This document shows positions 52,401 to 64,000 of a stretch of 64,000 nt of DNA, one piece after another. The first letter of the stretch is position 1; each line of letters begins with the position of its first letter. Origin of the DNA: Stylophora pistillata. Its lineage: Eukaryota. The stretch spans positions 86,639-150,638 of the forward strand of contig NW_019218336.1 in NCBI RefSeq assembly GCF_002571385.2, read 5' to 3'. Position numbers and translations under genes: made by a program. The notes under the pieces are model-generated. The model was not told the DNA's origin. It made no database searches and saw only the letters and a program-made list of their open reading frames with translations.

Positions 52401-52984
52401 ACTTCTACTATAGCAAAACAAAGATGCCTGGCTGGTTAAAGACGATTCTTCTCAAAACTTTGGCGCCTCTTGTCAGAGTAAAGGTCAAAAGAAGACGGCT
52501 CTCAGTCAAAGAGAGCCGGCGGTCAACAGACGGCGGGCATGCGCTTGATACTATTCACAACCCAACGTTTGAAGCTTTTAACCACTCGGACAATGGCCTG
52601 GGTCTGACCTGGGTTGGAGACGTATTTGAGCAAAATTCTGCTGTGTCTGTAATGTCTGTGAACTTGAGAAAAGACAGTGTCGCCGACGATGAAGTGGATT
52701 CCAAACAGAACATCAACAACTGTGGGAAAAACTGCAATGGTATTGCTGGTAAAGGCAACCATTCGATCAAACTTAAAGAGAAACTTGTTCAAGATAAAGG
52801 AAGCACGCACGAAATAAAGGAACCGTCTTTGCATCAAATGATTGAATGGCAGGATGAATGGAGAGCGGCATCGCAAGTGTTGGACAGACTCATCATTATT
52901 TTCTCTGTGATTATCGGCTGTGTTTCTGCTGCTGTTATATTCTTACAAGCTCCAAGAGTGCGACAAATGTTGTCTTTTTCATAA
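46477..52984 (+). CDS. Nicotinic acetylcholine receptor alpha-type subunit, paralog 2, 520 aa; exons 46477-46537, 47468-47607, 47976-48020, 48642-48751, 49139-49436, 50101-50359, last exon 50819-(N at 51457) or intact copy 52335-52984
   Basis: Signal peptide, WVPDVLLYN, Cys-loop CKIDIKYFPFDEQNC, SWAYD, YTCCPHPY, M1-M4; exon sizes 45, 110 and 259 match paralog 1; 1563 nt in frame. Confidence 0.93.
51891..52149 (+). mobile_element. tRNA-derived SINE, family A, truncated at the duplication breakpoint
   Basis: ggttagctcaatggatagagc...ggttcgagccc head; 13-bp 5' fold-back. Confidence 0.8.
52150..52286 (+). mobile_element. Probable Penelope-like pLTR fragment at the duplication junction
   Basis: acTTGATAAtgacgtt-ctgga-aacatcGAAACGTCgt, a degenerate minimal hammerhead-like motif, followed by a T-rich tail. 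Confidence 0.5.
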
Positions 52985-53066
52985 AAAAAAGGCGCCAATA
53001 AGAAGGGTGTGAAAACAACTCCAGCATATATGACAATGCATATTTTCCTAACCTTTCGGTTTTATA

Positions 53067-53371
53067 ATAGCGAGCTTAAGATCCGACGACGGCAAACATT
53101 TGGGACGGTAAGCGGAAGTGAAGTTACCGCCAGAATTATTTCCGTTTGCCGTCGTTGTGAGGTTTCCCGCCGTAGCGGCCTTGTCTGTGACGTGAAGAAA
53201 GCCATTTTGCCGTCGCGGCTAAAACGTGAGTAAACCTTAACAAAATAACGCCATTTTAACTTACTTTGGGCGAAAATTGTTGGCAATNTTGGAACGGGGA
53301 TCTCTCTCCAAGCCCCCTCGACCAAGTCTGCCGTCCCAGATGTCTGCCGTCGTCGGATCTTAAGCTCGTTA
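53067..53371. mobile_element. MITE with ~35-bp TIRs just 3' of the nAChR-2 stop (interior collapsed at N 53288)
   Basis: cgagcttaagatccgacgacggcaaacatttgggacgg / ccgtcccagatgtctgccgtcgtcggatcttaagctcg; right end also at ~51530-51571. Confidence 0.7.
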
Positions 53372-53690
53372 TTGTGTGGATATTGTAAGGAAAGGGCAGT
53401 TAACGATCGATCTTGGAGAAAAACAAAAGCAAAAAGGCTTCCTTGAATTTCAGCCTTGTGTGTGGGTGGCAGTAAAACGCGATAACTAAGTAAAAGAAAA
53501 CTTCTATTGCAGAGATTTCAAGTCTAAAGTCTTAATTTAAGCTACAGCATAAATACATCACAAGAGAAAAAGAAAAACAATTTTATCGAAGAGTAAGACA
53601 TTAATATTCAGATGCATTCCCGTATTATATTATTGTAGGCTATCCAAAATATAGAGGGATGAACCCGACTACAGTACTGTTTAATATTTT

Positions 53691-54015
53691 CATTGAGCTA
53701 ACCGCCTCCCGGTTAGCTCAACGGATAGAGCGCTGGACTGTTGTGCGGGAGGTCGAGGGTTCGAGCCCCGGCCGGACCAACAGCTAGGGTCTTAAAGTAA
53801 TTGAGAAGAATATGCTACCTTTCTATAACATCAAGAAATTATATAGATATTCTAGTCTTCTCGAATAGGGACGTTAATTTCCCACGCACGAGATTACTGT
53901 GTGATGGATTTCCTCCCCTGGGGTGGGATGGGTGGGTAACAGGACCCCCAAACTGATACCAGTGTTTACTACACTGAAGGGGCTATCCTCTATAAATACG
54001 GATGTCTACTTCTTA
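53691..54015 (+). mobile_element. tRNA-derived SINE, family A, fuller-length copy
   Basis: Duplicate of the 51891 copy, continuing into ...ggggctatcctctataaata; 3' end approximate. Confidence 0.75.
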
Positions 54016-54845
54016 CAATTTTCAATAATGTTCACCGAGATATATTTCAAATATGTGTAATGCAATTAATATTATGCACGTGTGACTCTCAGAGAAGAGA
54101 GCGACGCTTAATATTTAAATATGAATAATAACAACCAAGAGAAAATTGGAGGAGAGAGGACTCTGGGTATTGACTAGAAATTCCCGTGACACCTAAACTA
54201 TTATTTAGTTTTAGAAGAAAATGGAAATATGCATTCTGAGACGTCGTTGTAAATCTCGTTCCAGAGAGATCCTTCCCCTTGTTTTTCGCGGCAAAACCAA
54301 TAACAGAACTCACTGTCCACCATCAAATTGCTTTCACTCAGGAAATCATACCAATTTACTCTTGATGAGGACCTCTCGGAAAACAAACTTCCGTTTTAGA
54401 GGTTAACTATAAATTATATTTTAGTGGAATTGACATATCGTAAGGTCTGGACTAGGAGTCTTCTTCTCTGTTCTTCCATTTCCTCTTGTTCTGCAGTGTG
54501 GAGTGTAGAAATACATGGATCATGAACATACCGACAATAACACTAAGCCGCTGTGCTTGGTGTTCCCTATCTTGGTGGCTTCAAGTGAGTTCTGTTGGCT
54601 GGGAAAGTAGATGTTTAAAGGTCCCGACCATTATATCAAATTTGTTACTGATGTGACAACTTAATTCAGAGTAGGACTGGGTTGGAAGAACTCAAATGAA
54701 AACGAGTTTAACCCCTTACACCCATAGATCGGCATGTATCTTCACCATACCGTTCTCTATACATTATCTTTGTGGTGTGGAGCACAAAGCTTGTTTAATA
54801 GTCAAGAGTAGAGGTAGATCATTTCCTTTATCCCCAAGACTTTAT

Positions 54846-55130
54846 TATAACATAACCAAAGTGAAGCGCGCGCTATGATTGGTCAGTTCAGCGTCCACCA
54901 TTTGCCCATGGGTGTACGCTGCCGACGTGAACAAATGCAAAGACAAGTTTTCCCCGCGCGCTTGTTTTTTCTGGTCACGTAAGATTTCTTAGATAAAAGA
55001 AAACTCTTTTGCTACAATGTATCAATGTTATGTTATAAAACAAATGGTAAACGCCCCAGTGTACACTATTGAGTTATGGATGCTTTCAGTTCGGAGGTTT
55101 GCTACGCACTCAAGAAGTTAGAGTCGCTCT
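54846..55130 (+). mobile_element. Inverted-repeat element nested in a TTAACCC MITE
   Basis: ttataacataac (~54846) and gttatgttataa (~55027-55038); host MITE sequence resumes at ggagaaattagatgc (~55132). Confidence 0.5.
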
Positions 55131-55261
55131 CGGAGAAATTAGATGCCTGTGACACTCACGGCTTCGAAGGTAAAGCTAAGTCGTCAAAATGAAGACCATC
55201 ATCTGGGACTCACACTATTTTATCACGAAACCCGCGTGTCTCTACTGAAACGGGACCGAAG

Positions 55262-55552
55262 CTCTGCGTGACGTCATGCTAGTTTGCTGACAAGATTGAC
55301 GGGAGATAAACATAATAACTGCTAATGTGGGATAAATTGGCCTCAATAGTGACGCTTTTATTTCACCCTACATCAAGAACATTGATATAATAAACATCAC
55401 GCAATCTCTGCATGACGTCACGCTAGTTTGTTGACGAGATTGACGGGAGATAAAATTAATAACTGCTAATGTGGGATCAATTGGCCACAATAGTGACGCT
55501 TTTATTTCACCCCACATCAAGAACATTGATATAATAAACATCACGCAATCTC
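55262..55552. repeat. Tandem duplication of a ~144-bp unit (2 copies)
   Basis: ctctgc(g/a)tgacgtca...catcacgcaatctc repeated with few differences. Confidence 0.9.
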
Positions 55553-58500
55553 TTAAGCAAAGGTGGGGTTAAATATCGGCAAAGAGCCAAATACGTACAA
55601 AAAGGCAACGAAAGCCTGAAGAGAAGGCCGGAGCATGGGGAAGGGGCGGGAAAATTCTTCTACAGTACCGAAAATCTGTGTTCGGATGTTAACACGATGG
55701 AAATGAAGGCGAGAAGGACCAGGAGAGAAACTGACCTTGCCTATAACCTTGGTGCTATTTGATCTGACCTCATTTGATTGGCTTAAGGTCTGTGATTGAC
55801 AACGCTCCTTGCCCCATGCAAAGGCACACCAAAATACTTAACTATATGACAAGCCTCGACTGATAAAATCACATTACGTTTATGTCATAATGTTGGCCTT
55901 TTTGTTTTCAATCACACTTAGTAAAGGTATGAATCGGATATTTATCTTTCCAGAACGCGTCCTCATAGAATTGAGGTTACTATCATACGCATTAATGGAG
56001 TACAGCGTGAGATCGGCAGACGCAGCAAGAGCGAAATGGCGGTTTGCGAAGGGGTAGCTGTCCTGCAACGAAATCGAACAAAAACAGTGCGTGAAACCAA
56101 CATTCTCTAACACTAAAAAAACCTTAAATCTAATGGACACTTTTTCAAGAAATTATAGAGATTACGACTCGATTTTACAATAACCTGAAATTTGCATTAA
56201 TAGGATGAGATTACGAGAACTAGGCGGAGGTTTTTTGCGACGTCTTAGATGTTTCTTCACACCTTAATTCTTTAGTCGCTAATTCAGTTCTTCCTTTGTT
56301 AGTTATAAAACAACAACTACACCTGTGCTATTAAATGAAGAATAAACTTCTTTTGAATAAAATGGAAAAACACCTTTGACATCCCACGTGATCAACCGAT
56401 GATCACGTATGCAAAATTTTCCTATTCTCAGCACGAGTAAGATTGGTAGGGAACAATACAGCCAATCAGGCGGATCTATCAGAGAGACCTAAGCATTCGG
56501 AATTTCTATTCTAAGTAGCCTCTGGATCTATTAAACGAGAAAAAGGATATCGAATCCGTTTAGATTAAGATAAAACTTGATAGTCTTAAAATGACGTACT
56601 TTAATATATAGGTTATCTGTTGAGGGAGAAATACATCTATGAAAGGTTTATTGAATCTAAGGAGCTCTGTTTCTTCGGTAGCGGAAATTTCCCACACGAT
56701 CCCAAAAGGCAAGCGACTGATCTCTGACTGCACTGAGCAAACTATAGAACGGGTGAAGTGAATAATCTATAAATTCATCTCTTAAACATCGAATTAGTCG
56801 CAAAATCAGAGAGAAAACTCCGAAAAATGGCCCTGTGAGTGTCATGTCTCGCGCAAAGGAATTAAATTCCGTGTAGCGTTGTTTAAGGGGTGCGTTTTTT
56901 GCTCTTAATTTACAAGCGAAAATGAAATCTCTTACATTGCACGTAGTTTTTTTTTCAAATAACAATATTTCATTATTCTTAATTAAGCGACAGATTTGAC
57001 TGATAGAGAAGTAAAAACGGCCTGCGGGTTTAGCCCTTGGGAAGTTTTTTTTTTTTTTTATTGCGCTCTTTTCAAGTATGTGACAAGTAGAACACTTTGA
57101 GAGGCATAAGGGCCCTATCTCATTCATAACCTAAAATGCGACTGCCTTTTTTTGTTTTTTTCTTTCAACTCGGTTACCAGGGTAACCTGGTAAAGCACAA
57201 AACTGGAATTTAACAAACATAGGTTGACCTCTCCCGATTGCAAGGTGATTAACTGGGAGAGTTCTATTGGGTCGATTTAATTTAAGTTAAAACCTCTTAA
57301 ATGTGTAAAACAGCGAAGATAACTTATGAAATGTTTACTTCTTCTCAAAATACTGAAAGATGTGGACTAACGAGGCTATGTCCACCGCTTAATTCATTAG
57401 CCCGATTTTTAATGCATCTTCGCGATCTGAGGTGATAACTTCTTCCGCTCGTCCCGGATATAAATGTAAGAAAGTGTTTCCAAGACGCCTCAATACCTAT
57501 GCTCTTGTTAAAAATTGCATGGAAAATAAACTCCATTCCTCCCGGAAAATAGATTTGGTCTCACGAGCGTTTTTGAGGGGTCTTACAGCCGAGCAAAGTG
57601 ATATTTCTAATTTGAATTGGAATAAAAGGAACCATCAGTAACTTAAAAAACTACTAGATGGGGTTTTCAAGCGCTCGCGACAGTTGCCATAAAAAACAGC
57701 GTTTAATAAATGCAGATTCAGTTTATCGTATACATTTGCATTTGAATAAGTCGTGTCAGGGATCACTTTCGAAAAGTAAGACGTCGAAACACTGATGAAA
57801 GAGTACAGCGAGTTCAGTTGGAACCATTGCAAAACACGGGGTCGATTCTCTGAGAATCTTTAAAGTATTCGGCTATTGGTTATCTGCGCTGCTGCAGGCT
57901 TCAAATTCATTTTTCCGACGTCGAAGGGACGGAGCTACGAATCAGATAAGGTACATTTGTTATTTTTTGTTGGTTTGAACAGCTGGGTGTTGAGTCTGCC
58001 ATAAGAAATGTTCCATAGACATTCTATGTTTCTCTTAGCATGAAACACAACAACACACAACCGGATATATAGTTCTGGTAGAATCGATGGCAGCTTGGTA
58101 AAATGAGGCAAAATTTTCAGTTGTGTAACATCCTTGTAATTTACACCATGTTAAAACGCTTCAACTCGAGAAGAGCGACCTGTTAATTAATGTTGCACAA
58201 GGTTAAGAGTACAAGGAAAGAGTGACAGTAAAGACCTGAGGTGATCTGGAGAGCTTGAAATTGTCAAAAACGTTTTTATTGTTTCCACAGTTTGATGCCG
58301 ACTAAGAGCTCTTGAATCGAATTGTCAGCGAAAAGTGCTCCTTCTGTAGCTATCAGTCTTGCACATCAAATAATTCGTCCGCGTGTTACATATCAGTGCG
58401 TTTAGTGTAGCTTTATTTCGCTTCCCTCACATATTGGCGGAAGATGCAAAGAGTACTCTTCAATCGTGGCTTCTTATTTTATCGACAAATATTTTTTTCC

Positions 58501-61500
58501 CTAAGGCTGCGATGGTAAATAAATACACCAGCAAGCCAAGTTATATATTCCACCGGCGTTTTCGTTTAATTCACGCTGTGGAAAACTTTGTCGCTTTGAC
58601 GGAATATTCTGTTATAATTAAATCTATCCTTCAATTTTCGTTAGTTTCTTATTCCTTATTCGTTTTGTCGCCATTGCACAAAGCTAGTCATTTCATTAAA
58701 AATTTGACAATGGAGGGAGTTTGAAGTATGACGCGTACGAAGTTCTCTTAACTGCATTTTACCTTCGGAAGACTCGTTATGTTAGGCAGTCAAACTACTT
58801 GCATTATTGATTAAACTGTTGGAAATGGATCAGATCGATCGATTGTGAGACGGCTTTGCCGGTTAACAGAAAACCACAAACACTTCGCGATTTTTCAGTG
58901 AACGAAATTGTTTTCTCGGTTCGAGATGCGGGTTTAACTATGTTGGTGTAAAGCTATTCTTGTTTGTGGCTTGTTGAATTCGGGGAAAAACCAGTTTCTT
59001 TTTTAATAAACTGAATTATTTATTGAGAAAAAGTCTCGATCAAATGTTAATATCATTTTGGGTTCAAGCTAGAGATGTTTTACCGCATAAAAATTATTAG
59101 TACAGTTTGGCAGGTCCGGTTGGACAAATGAAACGATATCTATGGAAACACGACTCAAAAAGTTTATTTTGCTTATTCATCAAAAAATTTTAATATAACC
59201 AGAGGCAAAGATTTCCACGACTAAATATCAAGAGATTTTTACCAACTAACAATCCTCTTACAGAAGACATTAAAAAATTTGTTACGGAATTGTAAAGCTT
59301 AAAAAATTTTAGGAGACATATCTTCGATTTCTATTTTTAAGGACATATTTTAAGTTCTGTACTGAATTGCGAAAATTCATCCTCTATTATAGAAGCCTAA
59401 ATAAAATCCCTTTTTTACTAATTTTGTGCAACGGTAAATCAACGACTAGATATGTTCGAGTAGTTGGGTCTGAAATTTCTTTTCCTGTGGAGTATTGCAA
59501 ATGAGGATGTGGCAAAAGAAAAGCAAATAGTTCTGAAGGAAGTCGCGCTCTTTCATTTACTTGTCCTCTCTAATTCGTTGAGGTTCTTGGACATAATTGC
59601 CGAGACCGATGTTTAAATTCAATTTCCAGTTTAAATCGCATGCCCATGATGAAACTCGCAAACATATTTAGATGATAGATGGCGAGGAAATTAGTGCTTT
59701 TTCGAAATTTCCAAAAATCCTCATTAGTCGAAATTACATGTTGAATGCCCATTTTTCATTGTTCGAATTTGACACCATGGATAAGAAAGAAAAATGAAGA
59801 CAATCTAATTTTATTCCATAGCCACTGAAAGCGACAATAGAAAAGAAAATAGTATATTTTATGGGTCGCAAATGTCATGACATACTCTTTTTCGTTCAAG
59901 TGAAGTTTCCTTTTTTGGCCAACGAATTCCTGAACTCTGGAAGTTGTCACAGTTCTGACAATTATTTTTAATGCGAGTGTCAGTTGGAAAAACGGACTTA
60001 GCATCAAAAAGGAAATGAAATGAAGGACTTTAAAAGGCTTAAATTGATCAACTCATCCGGCAAAGAACGAATTCAACTCCAATTAACCAATAGTAATCCA
60101 AGAGGAGTTTTCACCAATCAGATTTAGCAATGCTCACAAAATGATTGGCAGGTGCTCGGGAATCTCATCGAATCTTCTACATATGAAGTTAATGCATTTT
60201 AAAAATGTTCATTGAATTTCGTTTTTATGGCTAAGTATTGAGACAATAACAGCTGGTTTTCTAAGATGTCAGATTGAATGAATATTAAAAGAATATAACG
60301 AAAATTAAAGAAAAAAAAATCCTGCTCCCTCTTTGGAGTTTTAGTTCTTGTGGAGGGAGCAAAAGAACAGCAGAAAGATGGAACGTAACAGCAAACTAGG
60401 TGTGACGACAGGTTTCGAAATTAGTCAAACCCAGGCCACAGCAAACGCTTTCGTCACTCTGCCAACCCTGGCCCCCACTCTTCCACTCCTCCCTTGATAA
60501 GAATAAGGTGCAGTAACGTTCATTTAAATCATTGAAGTTAACTATTAACCGAAAAAGAGTTTCTTTTTTTATTTCTGCGCCAAATGCATGCAACCTATAA
60601 TGAATGGTCTCGCTATTACCTATCATCAATGAAAATCATAAAACGTTACCCATGTTCTAGCTTATTTTTACGGTTTGAACTATTTAATAATGGGATCATG
60701 CTTTTACTGCCCGACGTTAAGAACGCCGAGAAGTAATTGGAGACTACTTTTTGTAACGTAGTCAAACCCTTTTATACGACTGCTAGCAAAGCGACTTGAG
60801 TCGTTATTACTCGGGGGACGTCCTCGTTTATTTAGAAGAATACCCCCAGCTTTCAAATAGCTGATTATCAAATCAAGAGGCAGTTTCGTTGTGCAGTGTT
60901 TTCAAAGATACCTCCAGGAAATTACATTTTCTTTGCCTTTATTCGCTATCGCCCAAGGTGGACGACAAAATTTCTGTAGGCGCTACAAGATGATAACCGG
61001 TGACAGTCGCTGACATTTACATTACTTTTGCCGAGGTCACTTCGGTAAAAAATTTTGAACTTTTCCGAAGCCAGTCATGCTAGTGTTGAGGAAATTTGCC
61101 AAAGGTACTGCCCCAAAAGGTTGTCAAAATGTTCCCAAAGTTACTGCGCCGAAGATTGTCGTAGTCTGTCGTTGTTACCACGCCAATAGTTTTCAAAATT
61201 TTCCGAGGTCAAAAGTCGAGAACTGTGAGCTTGGCCGCATTTTTATGAATAGTCAGTGACTGTCATCGTAATAGTTATTTCAGAAGCTTAACCATTGCCT
61301 TTCCGAACGAATTTTGCTGTTTTGATCATTCAACTCAGTGCACTTGCACGGGATGAAGTGCGATTCTAAAAATACTTTTTTTTTCACAAATACCTGCATT
61401 ATGGACGCTAAATAGACGGTAAAGAACATTGCTTAGTTTATGATTTTTTTTTTTGCTTAGTTTTTGGCCAAAACATCCTCCGACTCTCTTGAGAGAAATA

Positions 61501-63202
61501 AAAAATAATTCACCTGACGAGATCCTGCCATACTTTGCTCACCAGCGGCCATATAGCAAAAGCAGTGTTAATGGAGCAAGAAAATTCTGTTCACGTTCAA
61601 AAATGCGTTTTTCATACCTACGAAAGAAATTCAATTGCTCATTTTACAACATGCACACGCACATTGCGAAAGAACGCCTCGGTTATCAACGTCAAAATGA
61701 GGTGCCCACGTTGCCACAATTGTCATGCGCTCTAGCATCGATTTTGAATAAAGCGTAAGCCTTCAGTTCTTGCTGAGTGGCAGGCAATCGAGAAAGCAAA
61801 GCAAGTCAAACTCGGGCAAAAGTTCATTTGTTGCCTTTCTGTTTGGGGAATGAAACGTGAAGACTATTAAATCAGCCTGAATCCGAGGAGGTTAATGTTC
61901 GATACGGAAAACGTGGCAAAGGTGAATGAACAATTTTTTTCGATTTAATGATTTGTATTTTCGACTGTTTTTTTCAGTACATCATGGCTCTTTGAAAAAA
62001 GCGGTAGCTTACGCAAGAAAACATTTATATTATCCTCGGGACAAAAAACGAATTTTGGAGTAAAATAACGCTTTTTAACTGCGGTAGTAACCTCTCAATT
62101 TCGCCGCTCATACTTTAGATTAAGAGAAGAAAACACTGAAATCAATTCCACTTATTCCACTTTTATAAATCACGAAATTAAATCTCAAAGAATTTGTTCA
62201 TTATGTTTCAATGTGCCCATATACCATAAATTTACATCCAGTCCGCAATACACGGTATCTTATCATTCAAAACAAACTTTGAAAAAAAGGGCGAAAAATC
62301 TGCCTGAGAAGCAAAAGAAGAATTCCGTGTTTACACGAAGAAGTGTTGGTTTGTGAAGTCCCTCTTTTTCCAAAATATGCAAATTTGAATGAAGCCTAAT
62401 GATCAAGATTAACAAAGTTTTGTAAACAGCGCTTTAGAGCACATTAAACTTTGCCTTTTATCAAACTTAAAGACACTTATGGGTGACCGTTAACATGTAA
62501 AAAACGCCTTAAATAAGCATTAGTGGTTTTTCTGCCATAAATGTTTCATACCTGGAGGTTTTGTTGAAACAAAAAGTGGAAATTCAAGGTGCATTTCTGA
62601 AACTTATATATATCGTGTTATCTGCCATCTTTGCAAACAGAAACGAGAAATCATCAACTGCAGCTGCTGTCCGAGCAATTAAGGAGCGATAGAAGCGTAT
62701 TAAAATGCATGTTATTTTTAGCGGCAGTACATTTTCTTCCTTAATTAGCATTCATTGCTGTGCGCCGTTCAATCTTTCGAACTGTCAGGGTTGTCAAACT
62801 ACAACTGGATCGTAAATGGTGGAAACTGAAAGCATTTATATTTTTTAATTAAGAAAGTGCTTAAAAGCGCAGAGAATCAGTGTATTCTTCAATTTTAGGT
62901 ATGACATTTACTTTGTAAGGTTTTTTTTTTTTTAAATTGTAGAACCAGCCATGACATTTAATTTTGGCTGGGGGTAAGATAATCCAAGCTAAAGGAATTT
63001 GCATTTTATGGTCGCCACAAAGAAGGAGTTTGTGCTTCTTTGTTTTGTAGCTTATTTCTGGAAATTAAACAAAATCAAGCAATTATTATTCTACTTAGTA
63101 TGTTACAGTGCAAGATGAAAGAAATTTTATATTTAATTGAGCAAAATTCTACTCCAACTTGCACCAGGCACGCCAGTTATCAATTTGAGGTCATGCTAGC
63201 AA

Positions 63203-63250
63203 TTGCGTGAGGTTTGCGTGAGGTTTGCGTGAAGTTTGCGTGAGGTTTGC
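63203..63250. repeat. (TTGCGTGAGGT) x ~4 tandem repeat
   Basis: Direct observation. Confidence 0.85.
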
Positions 63251-64000
63251 CAGACAAAATACGCGTAAAGTTTGCATGCACTTGGAATTTGCAATTATTG
63301 GACTGAAAGCTAAGCAAATTATGTTGAAAACAACATCAAGATTAGGCAATGGCAGATTGATGATTTGACGACATCGCAAGCAGAAAAAGTAAAAAGACAA
63401 GCTGTTATCGAAAAAAATTCTCACAATAAAAAAAAATCAAAACAAAAACAAAACAGATTGTTGATATTCTTTGTGTAGCACAAATTTGCACGACGCAAGA
63501 GAAATGGAAATATATGGTGTGGTGTTGTCATTGGGCTATGCGGGACAACACGTTAAAAATAAAAAAAATGGTATTAACACTACACAAACGCATGTTTTTT
63601 TGTTTTATCCCAAAATTTCTGAGGATAAAGTTTTCTTAGACATGAAATATTGTTTGTAGAAAGAAAACATCATGATACAGGTGCAAACCTATTTTTTTTT
63701 CCTTCTTTTTCAAGGACAAAGAAGCATTCATTAAAAATGAATAAAAAGACGCTATTATTCGAGGAAAAAAGGCCAGCAAGCACTCAGTCGTCTTTGATAA
63801 ATTACAACGGAGGTACGGTTTGGGAGGTTGGGGAGGTTTGGGACGTTTTGTACGGTGGTACTCGCCTCTTAAACGGTTCATATTGCACGCAGTCACGTTG
63901 CTGTTTTGTTGCCCAATTACAGGTCATGTGACGCGGTATTTTAGCTGTTGTTGCGGTTTTTTATTTTTTTCCAAAATTTGTCACACTATTGCTTGTAGAC

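Larger units (their letters stand above)
50771..53949. repeat. Tandem duplication of nAChR-2 last exon and downstream flank (50771-52149 and 52287-53949) separated by a 137-bp insert
   Basis: Identical exon translations at offset 1516; downstream blocks at offset 1800 with about two SNPs; each unit has an internal single N. Confidence 0.85.

Noticed and set aside
51007-52876. Minus-strand ORFs of 117 and 71 aa occurring twice
   Set aside because: Antisense shadows of the duplicated nAChR exon
56657-57127. 156-aa minus-strand ORF
   Set aside because: Low complexity with homopolymer-derived residues, no motif and no splice support

Overview
Eukaryotic, AT-rich, intron-containing DNA from a draft assembly, with N gaps at 18989-19827 and 31569-32275 and single-N joins at 26960, 51457 and 53288. 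Gene and repeat content suggest an anthozoan cnidarian, probably a stony coral (inference). Six protein-coding genes, all on the + strand, can be built with in-frame splicing: an intronless class-A GPCR, a METTL7/TMT1-like methyltransferase, a small stand-alone SET/post-SET protein, a secreted WSC-like/C-type-lectin-like/PAN protein, and two tandem nicotinic acetylcholine receptor alpha-type paralogs. The rest is rich in mobile DNA: RTE and L2/CR1-type LINE remnants, tRNA-derived SINEs, a Kolobok-like element, MITEs and Penelope-like fold-back elements. The most notable non-coding signal is a (TA)n-embedded element at 19828-20228. It carries one canonical and one degenerate type-I hammerhead ribozyme, with predicted cleavage sites 235 nt apart. 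Other highlights are Penelope-type palindromic insertions with TSDs, a kb-scale duplication of the last nAChR exon flanking a Penelope-like fragment, copy-specific fold-back hairpins and different tails in one SINE family, and unusual pore residues (Met9', Glu16') in both nAChRs. All calls come from reading the sequence; no database searches were run.
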